Source of the DNA: Camelus dromedarius | Lineage: Eukaryota | Direction of reading: 5' to 3' | Assembly: GCF_036321535.1 (NCBI RefSeq) | Contig: NC_087436.1 | Span: 24,244,001 to 24,308,000, forward strand | Length of the DNA: 64,000 nt | Part shown: positions 27,136-40,309 of the stretch, in pieces | Numbering within the stretch: the first letter of the stretch is position 1 | How the letters are laid out: the number at the start of each line of letters is the position of its first letter | Made by a program: the position numbers and the translations under genes | Notes under the pieces: model-generated | What the model saw: only the letters and a program-made list of their open reading frames with translations | Told to the model about the DNA's origin: nothing | Databases searched by the model: none

Positions 27136-27254
27136 GAGGAAGGTATAGCTCAGTGGTAGAGCACATGCTTAGCATGCACAAGTTCCTGGGTTCAATCCCT
27201 AGCACCTCCATTAAAAAATAAACCTAATCACCACCACCCCCCACCAAATATATG
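27136..27254 (+). mobile_element. tRNA-derived SINE with 14-bp TSD
   Basis: A box tagctcagtgg, B box ggttcaatcc; TSD tatgtacataacca 27122-27135/27255-27268. Confidence 0.9.
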
Positions 27255-28248
27255 TATGTACATAACCACAATAAAGCTAACTACATTCTACATTTACATA
27301 TACAAAATGCAGTACTGGGTTATATAAACAAAAACATAAATAGGGATGAGGTTCTACAATCAGTGCTTAAAGAGTAAAAAAAAAAAAAAAAAAAAAAATC
27401 AAAACTACCCTTGAAAATCTCTGAAGTTGTAAAGACAGACAAGTAGATATAGATGTGAATATATACTATCTTTAGTTTACATTATGTGTATGAAAACCAT
27501 ATACATAAGTACCAAAATCACAATCATTGTAGTAAGATAATCATACTATGAGAGGCACACAAGAACCGAGATGGACTAATAAACAAATGGCAGTCACACC
27601 TTTCCCGTCTCAAACTCAGGTGGGGTCTTATGTTCACCTAGAGTGGAGTACTGAAGAGTACTGGATGTAATTGCCAGCATTAAGCATACTCTTTTCTGTC
27701 TCTCTCTCTCAAAAAAAAAAGTAATACATCCGGTCACGAAGATTTAAAGGTACCTAAGTTAAACAGATGTAGAGTAGAACTGCATTGTGTTGATGAGCAA
27801 TTTAAGACATTTACAAAGGCATTTTTTAATTATGCAACTTTAAAATTTATAAACTGACCTGATATCTAATCTGAGTGTTAAAAATATGTTGTATAAGAGT
27901 ATATCTCCCTATACTCCCAACATAGCAACAAAAAGTTTAAAACTATTAAACACTATACAGACAGTTAATTACCCTTGGTAAGGAACACGTGTGTGCAAAA
28001 GAGGAAGAAAAATGCAGTTGAGATGAATGCAGACTGAAGACAAGGAGTTACATAGGATAGATCACATAGGAGAGAACTCCTCCTAAGTTGGAGAAACAAG
28101 CAATACAGATTCCACCAAGCCTTCAGATTTATACTCAGTTAACTCAGTATTAAACTCACTAACTAAACCTCTTCCTATTTTCCTTCTCTGTTTCTTAATT
28201 AGAATAACTGCTAACTTAACAATGCTTTCATATTATTTAAATTATCCT

Positions 28249-28379
28249 TGTTTAGCATGCACGAGGTCCTGGGTTCAATCCCTAGTACCTCCATTAAATA
28301 AAATAAGTAAACCTAATTAGCTCCCTTCCACCAAGAAAAAACAAAGCACAAGTCTAAGATTAAAAAAAAATTTTTTTAA

Positions 28380-28422
<43 letters not shown>
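28249..28422 (+). mobile_element. 5'-truncated tRNA-derived SINE with (AAAT)n tail
   Basis: ttagcatgcacgaggtcctgggttcaatcc; TSD taaattatcct 28238-28248/28423-28433. Confidence 0.88.
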
Positions 28423-28423
<1 letters not shown>

Positions 28424-30233
28424 AAATTATCCTGAACTGATGAACTAAATTCACCATTTATCACATGGAAGAATGCCGAAATACAGAATCACAAAAAAAA
28501 GGAACTATGGACTCTAGATCCAGAATTGGCAGGCAGTTTTTTAAATAGTTTATAATGCCACTCCTGGTTACGACAGCTTGGTATAATTTGGCATTGCCAC
28601 CACATGGGATACGGGATATGGGTGAGTGTGAATGCTATTAGATAGGAGCAACTTAGAGGCAGTTATCCTAGGAAGAGAAGGGTGATGTACCTAACAGGTA
28701 AGAATGGTATATAGTGAATAGCAGTCCATGACACTGGGTGTCTTCCACTAGGCTCCTCCCAAATAAAGCAGTCAGAAGCACTGTCTGTAGGCATGATTGT
28801 ACAACCGTTCAGCTACAAATAATTAGACTTCAACTTGACATATGGCAATAAAGCAGCCATTATAGGCTAGACACAATGAAAACATGGTAATATATAAGGA
28901 GAACTGGTACAAGAATTCTGCTCAATGGGATACTCCTTACTAGACTGTGACTAAAACCAAACCTCTCTAAGAACTCTAATGCAAGATATGAAGCGTTGTA
29001 AGAAAAAAGTCATTAAGTCAAGTCATGGGACAGAGAGAAAGCAAGTGGAAAGGATGATGGTGGCAGTCAGTGACAGTGGTAAAAGTGGTAATAGGAAAGA
29101 AAAAAAAAGTCATAAAGATGGAAAAGGTGATATTATCCCTGAGTAATTTTTGCAATTTTCCATGAGGCCTGAAAGGTCAATTTTCTATGCTTCTTCACAT
29201 CCCTGTATATTCTTCCAATAAACTCCCAACAATAAAAAGGTATTTGTTCCTGAAAAGTACACAATTATTTGTCAATATATCTTTGTGAAATCCAACATTT
29301 CTCTACAGTTCTTACCAATAACAATACTGCTATGAGACATTACTGTCCATCTGCTCTGGTGTAATTCCAAAAATATTTTCTAACTCTATTCATTGGGCAT
29401 TATAACTTCCCTTAATTATAAAGCAGTAAATGATTTTGAATTTTGAATTTTTGAATTGAGTTACTACTGAGGCTAAAACTGAACTCTACGACAAGGTGTT
29501 TATTACTATATTGTTTTAACCTAGTAAATTATGCAATTATTTTCACATGAAGTAGGAGGATGTCAAAGGCCAGAAGAAAAGTGCTTATGTTATTAATCAA
29601 AATGATTCATGTGATAATAAACACCTTGATTTCAACTTAACACTTTAAAATGGCAGGTAAGATTTTGGCTTGGGGGAAAAATACTTACGGATTTTTAAGA
29701 CATTAGGTCAAACAGCAAGTACAATAAAGAAATACTGTAAACTGACAACATGGCTAAGTGTGAGAGATGCACACTTAGAACTCACAAGCTCAATTTAGGC
29801 TAGATACAAAAACTTGAATGTTACCGTGCGTAACAGACACTATATTCTTTACACGTATTTTCTCTAGTCCTAACATCTCTGCCCGGTAGAGATTTTTTCT
29901 AGTCCCATTTTATAGTTAAGAAAATCATCAGAGAGGTTAGACAAAGTGTCCAAGATACACAGTGAAGTGTAAGAGCTAATATGTGGACCCAGATCAGAAT
30001 GACTCAAAAGCCAAAACCTTCCACTGTATCATACTAGATAACTCTGGATTAGAATCACTATTTCAAGTTTTAAATGTGAAAAAAAAGAAAGAAAGAGAGA
30101 GAGAGAAGGAAAGAGAGAGAGAATACTAACATTTAAAATGACTTTTTACTCTAAAATCTATGATCGAGTTAGCTGAATAAGACCATATAAAATGACAATA
30201 TCCTGTCATGGAATTTTTTACTCAACTGTGCTA

Positions 30234-30503
<270 letters not shown>

Positions 30504-33017
30504 TTACTGTGTAATATTTCCATACAAACTCCCATGAAAAATATTTCATGTTACCCATGTTCATGTGCCTATGTGTACCTTGCCTTTTAACAGTGCTACA
30601 TTTGACAGAAAAACACTGTAACATCTTCAAAAAAAAATTTTTAAACCTGGTGGAGACCTGCTATGGCAACAGCAAAGCACAAAAGCATGAGTTCCTGCAA
30701 TTCCAGTAATATAACAAGCTACTTCATACCTCTACAGCATTATATACTATGCTTTCTCTTAGTCGTGCCTTTTCTAATCTTGTTGAACAGTGCTGCCACA
30801 TGCCTCAGATATTCTGCTCGTCACAGTACTTTGTTTATACATCTGTCTTCTCACTTAGACTGTGAGTTTCTTGCTAGGAAAGACCTTGTCTTACCCATAA
30901 CCTCTGTATTCTCTAGGCCTAGCAACATACCAAACCACACAGAAAACACTCAAATATTTGCTGATGGAATAATGGGTAACTATATGGTAAATTTAAAATT
31001 TGACATTAAAAATTAACAATATCCCTTGAGCTGAGAAAAATGCTGTAACAAAGTGGAAAATCTGTACTGTTTAGACTTAGAGCAATAAATCTGAAAGCTG
31101 TATGTTCAATCAATATTTATTTGGAAAATATCTGTTAATAATGAGAAATGAAAATAGTCATTCTAACACTGTGGTGATTTTAAAACATACCCACAAATTC
31201 TTCCCTTCCAAAGTAAAGCCTATTTACCCTACCCTTAAACGTGGATTATACTTACTGACTCATTTCTAACTAATAAAATATGGCAGAAATGAAAAGTATA
31301 GGACATCCAAGATTAGGACATAAAAGCACTGTGGATTTCTCCTTGCTTTCCCCTGGATCACTCAGAGGAAGCCAGCTATCATGTTGTGAAGAAACCCAAA
31401 CCACCTTATGGGAAGACCCATGTGGCCAACAACAGGCCTCTGGCCTTGAGATTAAGCCATCATGGAAGCAGATTCTCCAACCTAGGTCAATCCTTCAGGT
31501 GCCTTGGCTGACATCTTGACTTCAACCTCCTGACAGAGACTGTCTTTCCAATCATACAGTTCGGTGATTTCTGAGTTCCTGGCCCACAGTAACTCTAGGA
31601 AATAAATGTTTGTATAAAGCCGCAAAGTGTAAGTAATTTGTTATGCAGCAACAGATAACCAACATACATTTTGATGCCTGAAAGTGGGGTGCTGCTGCAA
31701 TAAAAACCTAACATGGGGGAATGGCTCTGAAACCAGATTGGCAAAAGGTGGAAACCTTGGAGAAGAGCATTAATGGAGGCTTAAAGAGCCTCAGACTATT
31801 AAGAGATATATAGATTTTGAAGAGGCTGCAAGTGAGGGCTTAAAGTAAAGTGAGGAACACGTTATAGTTACGTAGAGGCAGACAGCTTAGCATCGCTTAT
31901 AAAATGTACCAAAGAACTGGGCCATCCAGCTAGGGGGATTTCCAGGCCAAAAGGAAGGGGTGGGAGTTCAAAGGTGGAACCTCATTCCTCTTGCTGCTTG
32001 TAGTTAAAAATGCAAGAGAAAGAAACTAAAGGAAGGAGGAGAGACTTGACCGTTTTGAAAATTCTCAGCCTCTCCAGAAATGGCTGCCAAGCAAAGATCA
32101 AATCCAGAGCGTTGCCAGGAAAACATGTCAAATGGGAAAGTGGAGAGTTTGGCTTTAAAATCTTTTGTTAGGACTCAGACTCAGAAAGATGGTGCCTCAG
32201 TGACTAGTCAAACAAAAAGCTCTCTTAAAAATTTTAAGGGTGTGACTCACAGATCCTCTCAATCAGACAAAAGACCTTTTAAGAAACTTAGAAATATTTG
32301 TCCTCTCACCAAAAGCTCAAGGTAGACAAGGATATCTGTGCATGTGAATTCAATAAGATTCACAAAAGAGCCATAAAATTCTAAAGAGAATTATAATGGC
32401 AGACACATAGCAAACCTGGAATGAAAGTAGCAGAGACAGTAGGAAATGAAAAGAAGCCTTTAGACCCCCCAAATTTTTGGAAGCAGATTAAAAAACTACT
32501 TAGCAGCAAACAAATGCTAACTTTCAAGAAAAAAGGATGATTCAGAAGTGGAACCAAGAACCCAGAGGACAGAGCCAAGAGCCATAAAGAATTATTTCTA
32601 GGTCTCGAGTCCTCATCAAAGAACTGCTAACCTGTACCCAACTGGACTTGAGAATGGAAATGAACCAGTAACTCCTGTGTGCCTCCAGTCTCTCCTCACC
32701 ACCCTTTTTTGAAAAAGAACATCTACAGTGGGTGCCCTTTTCCACTCTGACCACTTTATACTGAATAAGTAAATTGTCTCTTTGGTTCACAGATTTCGTA
32801 ACAAGAACTCTACTTGAAGAGCTATATTACGAACCATATTCAAGAAATTCGTTAGTACCTGCACCTCATTTATAAAACACTCTGGATTTTGAGCTAATGC
32901 TGTAATAGGATGAGACTTTTGGAGGCCTTGGGAGGGGCAGGTATATTTTGCATGAAAGAATAATGGAAGTTATTTGTGTCCAGAATGCAGAACATGGCAG
33001 TTAAAAATGAGTCTTTG

Positions 33018-33147
33018 GTTGAGGTCTATCCCGATGGGGCTTTTTCCGGAGACCTGCATTGTTGGAAATGCCTCATAGAGTAACTATGTGGTTTCCTTTA
33101 CTCACAGAACTACATGTTAGATCTGTGGAAAGAACTACAAGACAGAG
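33018..33147 (+). ncRNA. SNORA18: SNORA18 (ACA18) H/ACA snoRNA retrocopy
   Basis: GTTGAGGTCTATCCCGATGGGGCTTTT...CCTCATAGAGTAACT...CTTTACTCACAG...GTTAGATCTGTGG...ACAAGACAG matches recalled SNORA18; H box AGAGTA 33077-33082; ACA box 33142-33144; 130 nt. Confidence 0.85.
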
Positions 33148-33631
33148 CTGCTAAATAAGCTATGAAAAACCTAACAGTCAGACTTTTTTATCTTAGGTAT
33201 TGGCAATGATCAGTACTGTTCTAGGGTGTGATAAGCTTAGGAGTAAATGAACTTAATGCATATTTAGAGGGTGTCTGAAATTCAGAACCAGGCAGATCAA
33301 TCTTCCCTGACCCCAAATATGTAATAGTCCTGTAGTAAATTGCTTGAGAAAATTGGATCCCAAAGATTACAGGTGAGTTGTTTCTGAAGTGTGCTCATGT
33401 TCCACTGGAAATCAAAGAAGCCCAACTAAAAGAATTATGGGCTGACTGACAACTGTTGATTGACCAAAAATTATTGAAAGGGCTGCCTTGAAGATTATAT
33501 GACTCAGACATTCGAGGAACTAAGGGTTGATGGGCAATGGAAAGAATCAGAACATGTGTGAAATTCTTAAAAAATTTATTTACTTAAATTATGTTACACA
33601 ATAAAAAAAAACTCTTTACAAAAAAAAAAAA
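33018..33631 (+). pseudogene. snoRNA retroposon: SNORA18 + intron remainder + probable spliced host (TAF1D) non-coding exons + poly(A)
   Basis: CTAAC 33171-33175, pyrimidine tract and AG 33195-33196, AATAAA 33600-33605, A12 33620-33631, TSD agtctttg 33010-33017/33631-33638, TT|AAAA at 33001. Confidence 0.8.
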
Positions 33632-33724
33632 GTCTTTGATTCCCCTCCCCTACTCAAGTATAGGTTATACCTAGTGACCCACTTCTATCAATTAGAATGA
33701 GAAAGAAGTGATGAGGTGTTCCGT

Positions 33725-33905
33725 TAAGAGAACATTAAAGGTGCTGTGAGAGTATAAAATGAGAGCCTTTAGAGTCTGAAAATTTGAGAAGCAGATTTTA
33801 AAACTACTTAGCTGCAAACAGATGCTAACTTTCAAGATAAAAAAAGGATGATTCAGAAGGTAGAACCAAGAACCTGGAGGACAGAGCCAGAGGAAAATTC
33901 TACTT
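33725..33905 (+). mobile_element. Second MaLR internal fragment similar to 32410-32600
   Basis: aagcagatt..aaactacttagc.gcaaaca.atgctaactttcaaga..aaaaggatgattcagaag..gaaccaagaac...gaggacagagcca shared by both. Confidence 0.7.
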
Positions 33906-34030
33906 TGCTAGAGTGTGGGTCGGTGTATATGTATGTGTATGCATGTATATATGTGTATACACAGAAAATAACATCTGAATCTAGAAAACTCTACCCAGCC
34001 AAACTAACATACAAATTAGAAGGCAAAATA

Positions 34031-34160
34031 GGGGGAACGATATAGCTCAAGTGGTAGAGCACATGCTTAGTGTACACAAGGTCCTGGGTTCAATCCCCAG
34101 CACCACCTCCAAAAATAAAACAAATAAGTAAACCTAATTACCCACCCTGCTCAAAAAAAC
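34031..34160 (+). mobile_element. tRNA-derived SINE
   Basis: tatagctcaagtggtagagcacatgcttag...ggtcctgggttcaatcccc. Confidence 0.88.
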
Positions 34161-34337
34161 ATTGTACACCTAGAAAATTGAACATTTCACAGGGATACCC
34201 TTTGAAAAGAGGTAATCTTTGGGTAGGAGAAAACTGAAAAGGGATTTTCACATTTGCTAGGTATTTTTCTGAGTTGTTTCAACTCTGTACAGTGATAGTT
34301 AATTGTGTATTATTTGCATAATCTGAAGAAGTGGGAT

Positions 34338-36037
34338 GAGGATATTACACTTAACATATATGCACCCAATATATGAGCACCTAAATATATAAAGCAAATA
34401 CTAACAGACATAAAGGGAGAAACTGATGGGAACATATAGTAGGAGATGTTAACACCTCATTAACATCATTAGACTGATCTTCCAGACAGAAAATCAATAA
34501 GGCAACAGAGATACTAAATGGCACAACCGAACAATTGGACTTGGTTGATATTTTTAGGACATTACATTCTCCAAAAAACAAAACATATATTCTTTTCAGG
34601 TGTGCATGGAACATTCTCTAGAATAGATCATACACTTGGGCACAAAGGAAGCCTCAACAAATTTAAGAGGATAGAAATTATTTCAAGCATCTTTTCTGAC
34701 CACAATGCTGTGAAACTAGAAACCAACCACAGAAAAACAAAGGAGAAAAAAAAACTGCATGAAAAGTAAACAACATGCTATTAAAAAACCAATGGGTCAA
34801 CAATGAAATCAAAGAAGAAACTAAAAAATACTTTGAGACGAATGACAATGAAAACACAATCACACAAAATCTATGGGATGCAGCAAAAGCAGTCCTAAGA
34901 GGGAAGTTCATAGTGATATAGGCCTTCCTCAAAAAACAAGAACAATCTCAAGTAAACAACCTAACCTATCACTTAAAAGAATTAGGAAAAGAAGAGCAAA
35001 CCAAACCTAAAGTCAGCAGAAAGAAGGAAATAATAAAGATCAGGGAGGAAATAAAGAAAATAGAGATTAAAAAAAAAAAAGAAAAAACTCAATTAAACCA
35101 AGAACTGCTTTTTTGAAAGAGTGAACAAAATTGACAATGGCCAGGCTCACTAAGAAGAAAAGAGAAAGAGCACAAATAAACAAAATAAGACAGGAAAATG
35201 GAGAAATTATAACCAATACTACAGAAATATAAAAAACTGTAAGAGAACACTATGAACAACTATATGAGAACAAACTGGACAACTCAGAAGAAATGGACAA
35301 GTTTCTGGAAACCTACAGCCCACCAAGACTGAATCAAGAAGAAACAAAGCACATGGAACAGACCAATAACTAGAAATTAGATGGAATCAGCAATAAAAAA
35401 AACCTCCCTACAAACAAAAGTCTAGGACCAAACAGCTTCACTGGGGAATTCTAACACACATACAGAGAAGAACTCATACTGATCATTCCCAAACTCTTCC
35501 AAAAGACTGAAAAGAAGGGAATACTTCCAAACTCATTCTATGAAGCCAAATCAATGTGATACACCACATCAACAAAAGAAAGGACAAAAATCACATGGCC
35601 ATTGCAACAAATGCAGAAAAAGCATTTGATAAAATTCAATACCCATTTATGATTAAAAAAAAAAAAAACTCTTACCAAAATGGGTATAGAGGGAACATAT
35701 CTCAACATAATAAAAGCTATTTATGACAAACCCACAGCCAGCATAATACTCAATGATGAAAAACTGAAAGCCTCCCCACTAAAATCTGGAACAAGACAAG
35801 GATGCCCACTCTCACCACTTATATTCAACATCGTTTTGGAAGTCCTAGCCACAGCAATCAGGCAAGAAAAAGAAATAAAAAGGGATCCAAATTGGAAGAG
35901 AAGAGGTAAAATTGTCACTATATGCTGATGACATGATACTATATATAAAAAACCCTAAAAGCTCCACACAAAAACTACTAGTGCTAATAAAACAATTTGT
36001 CAAGGTAGATACAGGATTAACATACAGAAATCAGTTG
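34338..36037 (+). mobile_element. Decayed L1 ORF2 fragment (endonuclease to RT)
   Basis: ORF track [32 protein letters not shown] codons at 35921-35932; frameshifts and stops. Confidence 0.93.
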
Positions 36038-36763
36038 AAGAAGAGGTTTAAGACAGGAGGAATAACAGGAAGGTAAACAAGAGAAGCCAGGGGATCACAG
36101 CTTCTCACTGTAGATTCTCACTGGCATTTTCTTTCTAGGTGAAGAAGCAACAATAGGTAGACAGAGATTCAAGTAAAATCTGTGCAAGGGCTTCAGTGTG
36201 TGTCCTTAGAAACTTCTAAACTGTTCTTAGGCAGTAAGAAAAATTTAATTAAAAAGTAACAAAAGAATCTAAAGGTCTTTAGCAGGAGGAAGGATACAGA
36301 AAATAACCAACCATAACCTCAGAAGAGGAATAAACTCAGGACTGAAGAAAAAAATCTGACATATTTTTCATGCCCCAAAGCCTATAACATTTTTGCTATG
36401 AATAAGTCACAAAATATGTGGACAAACAATTAACTTTTATCTTTCTGCATGCCTGGGTCACTTTTATTCTGAGATCCTTTCCCAAATAATTATATAAGGA
36501 AGATTTCTCCCTACACATTCTGATACCTTGCCATAAAAATGGCATGTAAAAAACTGGTCAAACGATAAGTCACTGAGCAATTTTACTGGTTTAATTCTAA
36601 GCTGAGTTCCCCCCAACCCCCTTGTCTGAAGGTGACTGACAGCAATGACTAAATTAGTCATGCTGCTAATTTACCTCCAATGGTTAATTTAGCACATCAG
36701 AAATATCTTTTCTCTTGACATAAAGAAAAAAAGACAATGAAATGTGCACTAAGCTGAGTTTTA

Positions 36764-36901
36764 TCTTATTTTATTTTTCATTGAAGTATAGTTGATTTAC
36801 AATGTTATTTTTTGCTATACAGCATAAAGATTCAGTTATACATATATATTCTTTTTCATATTTTATCAGTATAGGTTATTACAAGATATTGAAAATAGTT
36901 C
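36764..36901 (-). mobile_element. Short L1 3' terminus with 15-bp TSD
   Basis: attgaagtatagttgatttacaatgtt; TSD ctaagctgagtttta 36749-36763/36902-36916. Confidence 0.85.
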
Positions 36902-37041
36902 CTAAGCTGAGTTTTAATGTTTAAGCAATACTTATCTTTTAGTAGGTTAATTATAAATTACTATTAAGAGGAAAAAATAACTAGAAAAACTGATGGCCAA
37001 CACTAATGTAAGGTTCAAACACTAATATAAAATTAGCAGTT

Positions 37042-38325
37042 TAACTGGACAGCCACATGTAAAAGAATGAAATTAGAACATTCTCTAACACCATATACAA
37101 AAATAAACTCAAAATGGATTAAAGACCTAAATGTAAGATTGGATACTCTAAAACTCCCAGAGGAAAATATAGGCAGAACACTCTTTGACATAAACTGCAA
37201 CAAATAAACAAATGGGACCTAATTAAACTTAAAAGCTTTTGCACAGAAAAGGAAACCATAAACAAAATGAAGAGATAATGTATGGAATGGGAGAAAATAT
37301 TTGCAAACAATGAGACCAACAAAGGATTAATTTCCAAAATACACAAGTAGCTCATAATGCTTAATATCAAAAAAACCCAACCAACCAAGGAGGGAGGATA
37401 CAGCTCAAGATAGAGCACATGCTTAGCATGCACAAGGTCTTGGGTTCAATCCCCAGTACCTCCATTAAAATAAACAAACAAACCAATTAACACAATCCCC
37501 CCCCAAATTTTTTTTAAATTTTTTAAATCTACAAATAATAAATGCTGGAGAGGATGTGGAGAAAAGGGAACCCTCCCACACTGCTGGTGGGAATATAAAC
37601 TGGTGCAGCTACTAAGGAAAACAATGGAGATTCCTTAAAAGACTAAAAATAGAATTACCATACAATCCAGTGATCTCACTCCTGGGCATAATATGGAGAA
37701 AACTAACAAAAAGACATGTGCACCCCAATGTTCATAGCTGTACTGTTCACAATAGCCAAGACATGAAAGCAACCTAAATGTCCATCAACAGATAAATGAA
37801 TAAAAAAGATGTGGTATATATATATATAATGAAACATTACTCAGCCATAAAAAAAAAATGAAAAAAATGCTATCTGCAGCAGCATGAATGGACCTTCAGA
37901 TTATCATATAAGTGAAGTAAGACACAGAAAGACAAATATTGTATGATTAAATTAAATTAAAATTCCACATGTGGAATTTTAGGGAAAAAAAATAAAGGAA
38001 CTTATTTACAAAAAGAAAGACTCACAGACATAGCAAACAAACTATGGTTACCAAAGGGGAAGGTGGGGCAGATAAATTAGGAATCTGGGATTAACATATA
38101 CACACTACTAAATATAAAATAAACAATAAAGACCTACTGTGTAGCATGAAGAACTATACTCGATATTTTATAATAACCTATAATGGAAAATAATCCAAAA
38201 AAGAAACTACATCTACATATACATACACACATATATGTATATGTATAACTGAATCACTCTGCTTTACACCTGAAACTAATAAAACATTGTAAATCAACTG
38301 TATCTTAGTAAAAAAACATGTTTTA
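37042..38325 (+). mobile_element. 5'-truncated L1 (ORF2 3' part + 3' UTR) with nested SINE
   Basis: aactggacagccacatgtaaaagaatgaaa...caaaatggattaaagac...cctgaaactaat..cattgtaaatcaact; flanking tagcagtt repeat. Confidence 0.9.
37389..37505 (+). mobile_element. tRNA-derived SINE nested in L1
   Basis: gatacagctcaagatagagcacatgcttagcatgcacaaggtcttgggttcaatcccc. Confidence 0.85.
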
Positions 38326-38582
38326 AGTAGCAGTTCACAGCATTGTAGTTAACAATTTATAGTATTGGGTAAATTAGATATTACATGTAAAATTCATGAA
38401 ATTCAACTCGTTAAAAGCTAATGACCAGTTAGTTAAATTCTTGCTTAACGTTTTAAAGAGTAACATAAACAGTATTTTTCTTTTGTTGCTTAGAGAAATT
38501 CATAAAATGGCCATCACCATTTTCTAAAGCATGTATAACATCTTCCTACAAGGTGCTTAATAAAAAGCTCAGGAAAAATCTA

Positions 38583-38858
<276 letters not shown>

Positions 38859-39586
38859 CTAACAAAATTATCTTTTTTATTATACTGAAGTATAGCAATA
38901 GCAAAGAAAACTACAAAAATCAAAGCCTTGGAATTACTTGTGTACTAGCCATGAAAAAATTAGTAAAATTTGAAAATATTAAAAATTACAGTAATTCAAT
39001 ATAAATATTTTTCATTTCAAATAAACAAATAAAATTGGCCATCACCTAGCACAGTATATGGCATACATCAGGCATTGAATTATTTGTTGAATGAAAGGAA
39101 AACAAAACGCTTTAAGATATATGTGTGTATGTGTGTGTGCGTGTGTTTATTTATTCCTTCCTTCCTTCATCATACTTAAATAAAGCTATCATGACAAACC
39201 TATCAGAATTTATTAACATACATAATGGTGCAGTACAGTAGATTTACACATTTAACATTCAGTTTTATATTTAGAACAATCTGCAGATGATTACAAATAT
39301 GCGGTATTTGGTAATTTTTTTGAGAATACAAATCTGAATTCTATGCAATGTAATGCTAGTAGGTGGCAGAGTAATCAATTAGCAGGTAAATCAAGCAACA
39401 GAAACTAACACATTTCAACTAAACTCAGGGGTTCACGACTTGGTGGTAGAAAAAGCAAGAAATGACGCAAATTATTTTTATATATAAAAAACACAAAAAA
39501 TGAAAGACAACTAGTCGTGACAAAAATGAACCAAAAGTGAAGAGGACTAGGAAAAGAATAAATTTCTCAGAAAATGAGGAATTACA

Positions 39587-39735
39587 GGGGGTGGTACAGC
39601 TCAAGTGGTAGAGTGCATGCTCAGCATGCAGGAGGTCCTGGGTTCAATCCCCAGTACTTCATCTAAAAATAAATAAATAAATAGAGCTAATTACTAACCC
39701 CTCCAAATAAAATAAAATCTTTGGGAAAAAAAAAA
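39587..39735 (+). mobile_element. tRNA-derived SINE with 18-bp TSD
   Basis: TSD agaaaatgaggaattaca 39569-39586/39736-39753. Confidence 0.9.
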
Positions 39736-40180
39736 AGAAAATGAGGAATTACATACATTACAGAAATACTGTAAAAAAGCTTCAAAGCTCAAATCTAATA
39801 TATATCAAGGGTATATGGCACCACCAATCAACCCCACAACAAACAGGTTTCTAGGATAACTAATAAGCTTTGTATGCATTAATGAAGAAGGGGCAACAAT
39901 TAGAAAGAAACATGGAAAAATCAATGAAAACATAGCTAAAATACAAACTTTCCATTAAGTTTTCCACATGAATTCTGCCAGAAAGAGGAGACAATACGGA
40001 AGTCGTTGAATATAACTCTATATTTCCATTTTATAAAATTTGAAAAATGTGAATACGATTTTTAGAAATAATTTTCTGTGCATTATAAAGTGGGAGAAAA
40101 GAAAAAAATTACAGAATATTCCCAAAATCTTCAACATATAACAGAATGAAATGAGAAATTCTTATGTATGGAGTACTTAC

Positions 40181-40309
40181 TCTTTCAATCTCATGACATT
40201 TCTTAAGTGCTTCACCAAATTTATTCATTGCCTTATAAGCTTGGGCACATTCTGTCTGGAACCACATGCATTGCATTTCATTCAAATTTTCAACTGCTGA
40301 TGTTCCTTC
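40181..40309 (-). CDS. NAA15: NAA15 exon 13 ([43 protein letters not shown])
   Basis: ctag|GAA, AGA|gtaagt; 129 nt. Confidence 0.96.

Larger units (their letters stand above)
31170..33720 (+). mobile_element. ERVL-MaLR (MLT1-like) element: 5' LTR ~31170-31668, internal ~31669-32991, 3' LTR from ~32992 interrupted by the snoRNA retrocopy
   Basis: LTR starts tgtggtg and ends aataaatgtttg...taatttgttatgcagcaacagataac; internal starts ...aagtggggtgctgc and ends ...ggatgagacttttggaggccttgggagggg. Confidence 0.7.

Noticed and set aside
27136..27210. tRNA-like sequences with A and B boxes
   Set aside because: They are SINE heads with A-rich tails and TSDs, not tRNA genes
35680..35928. Reverse transcriptase ORF as a functional or domesticated gene
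   Set aside because: Fragment of an L1 ORF2 with frameshifts, stops and deletions
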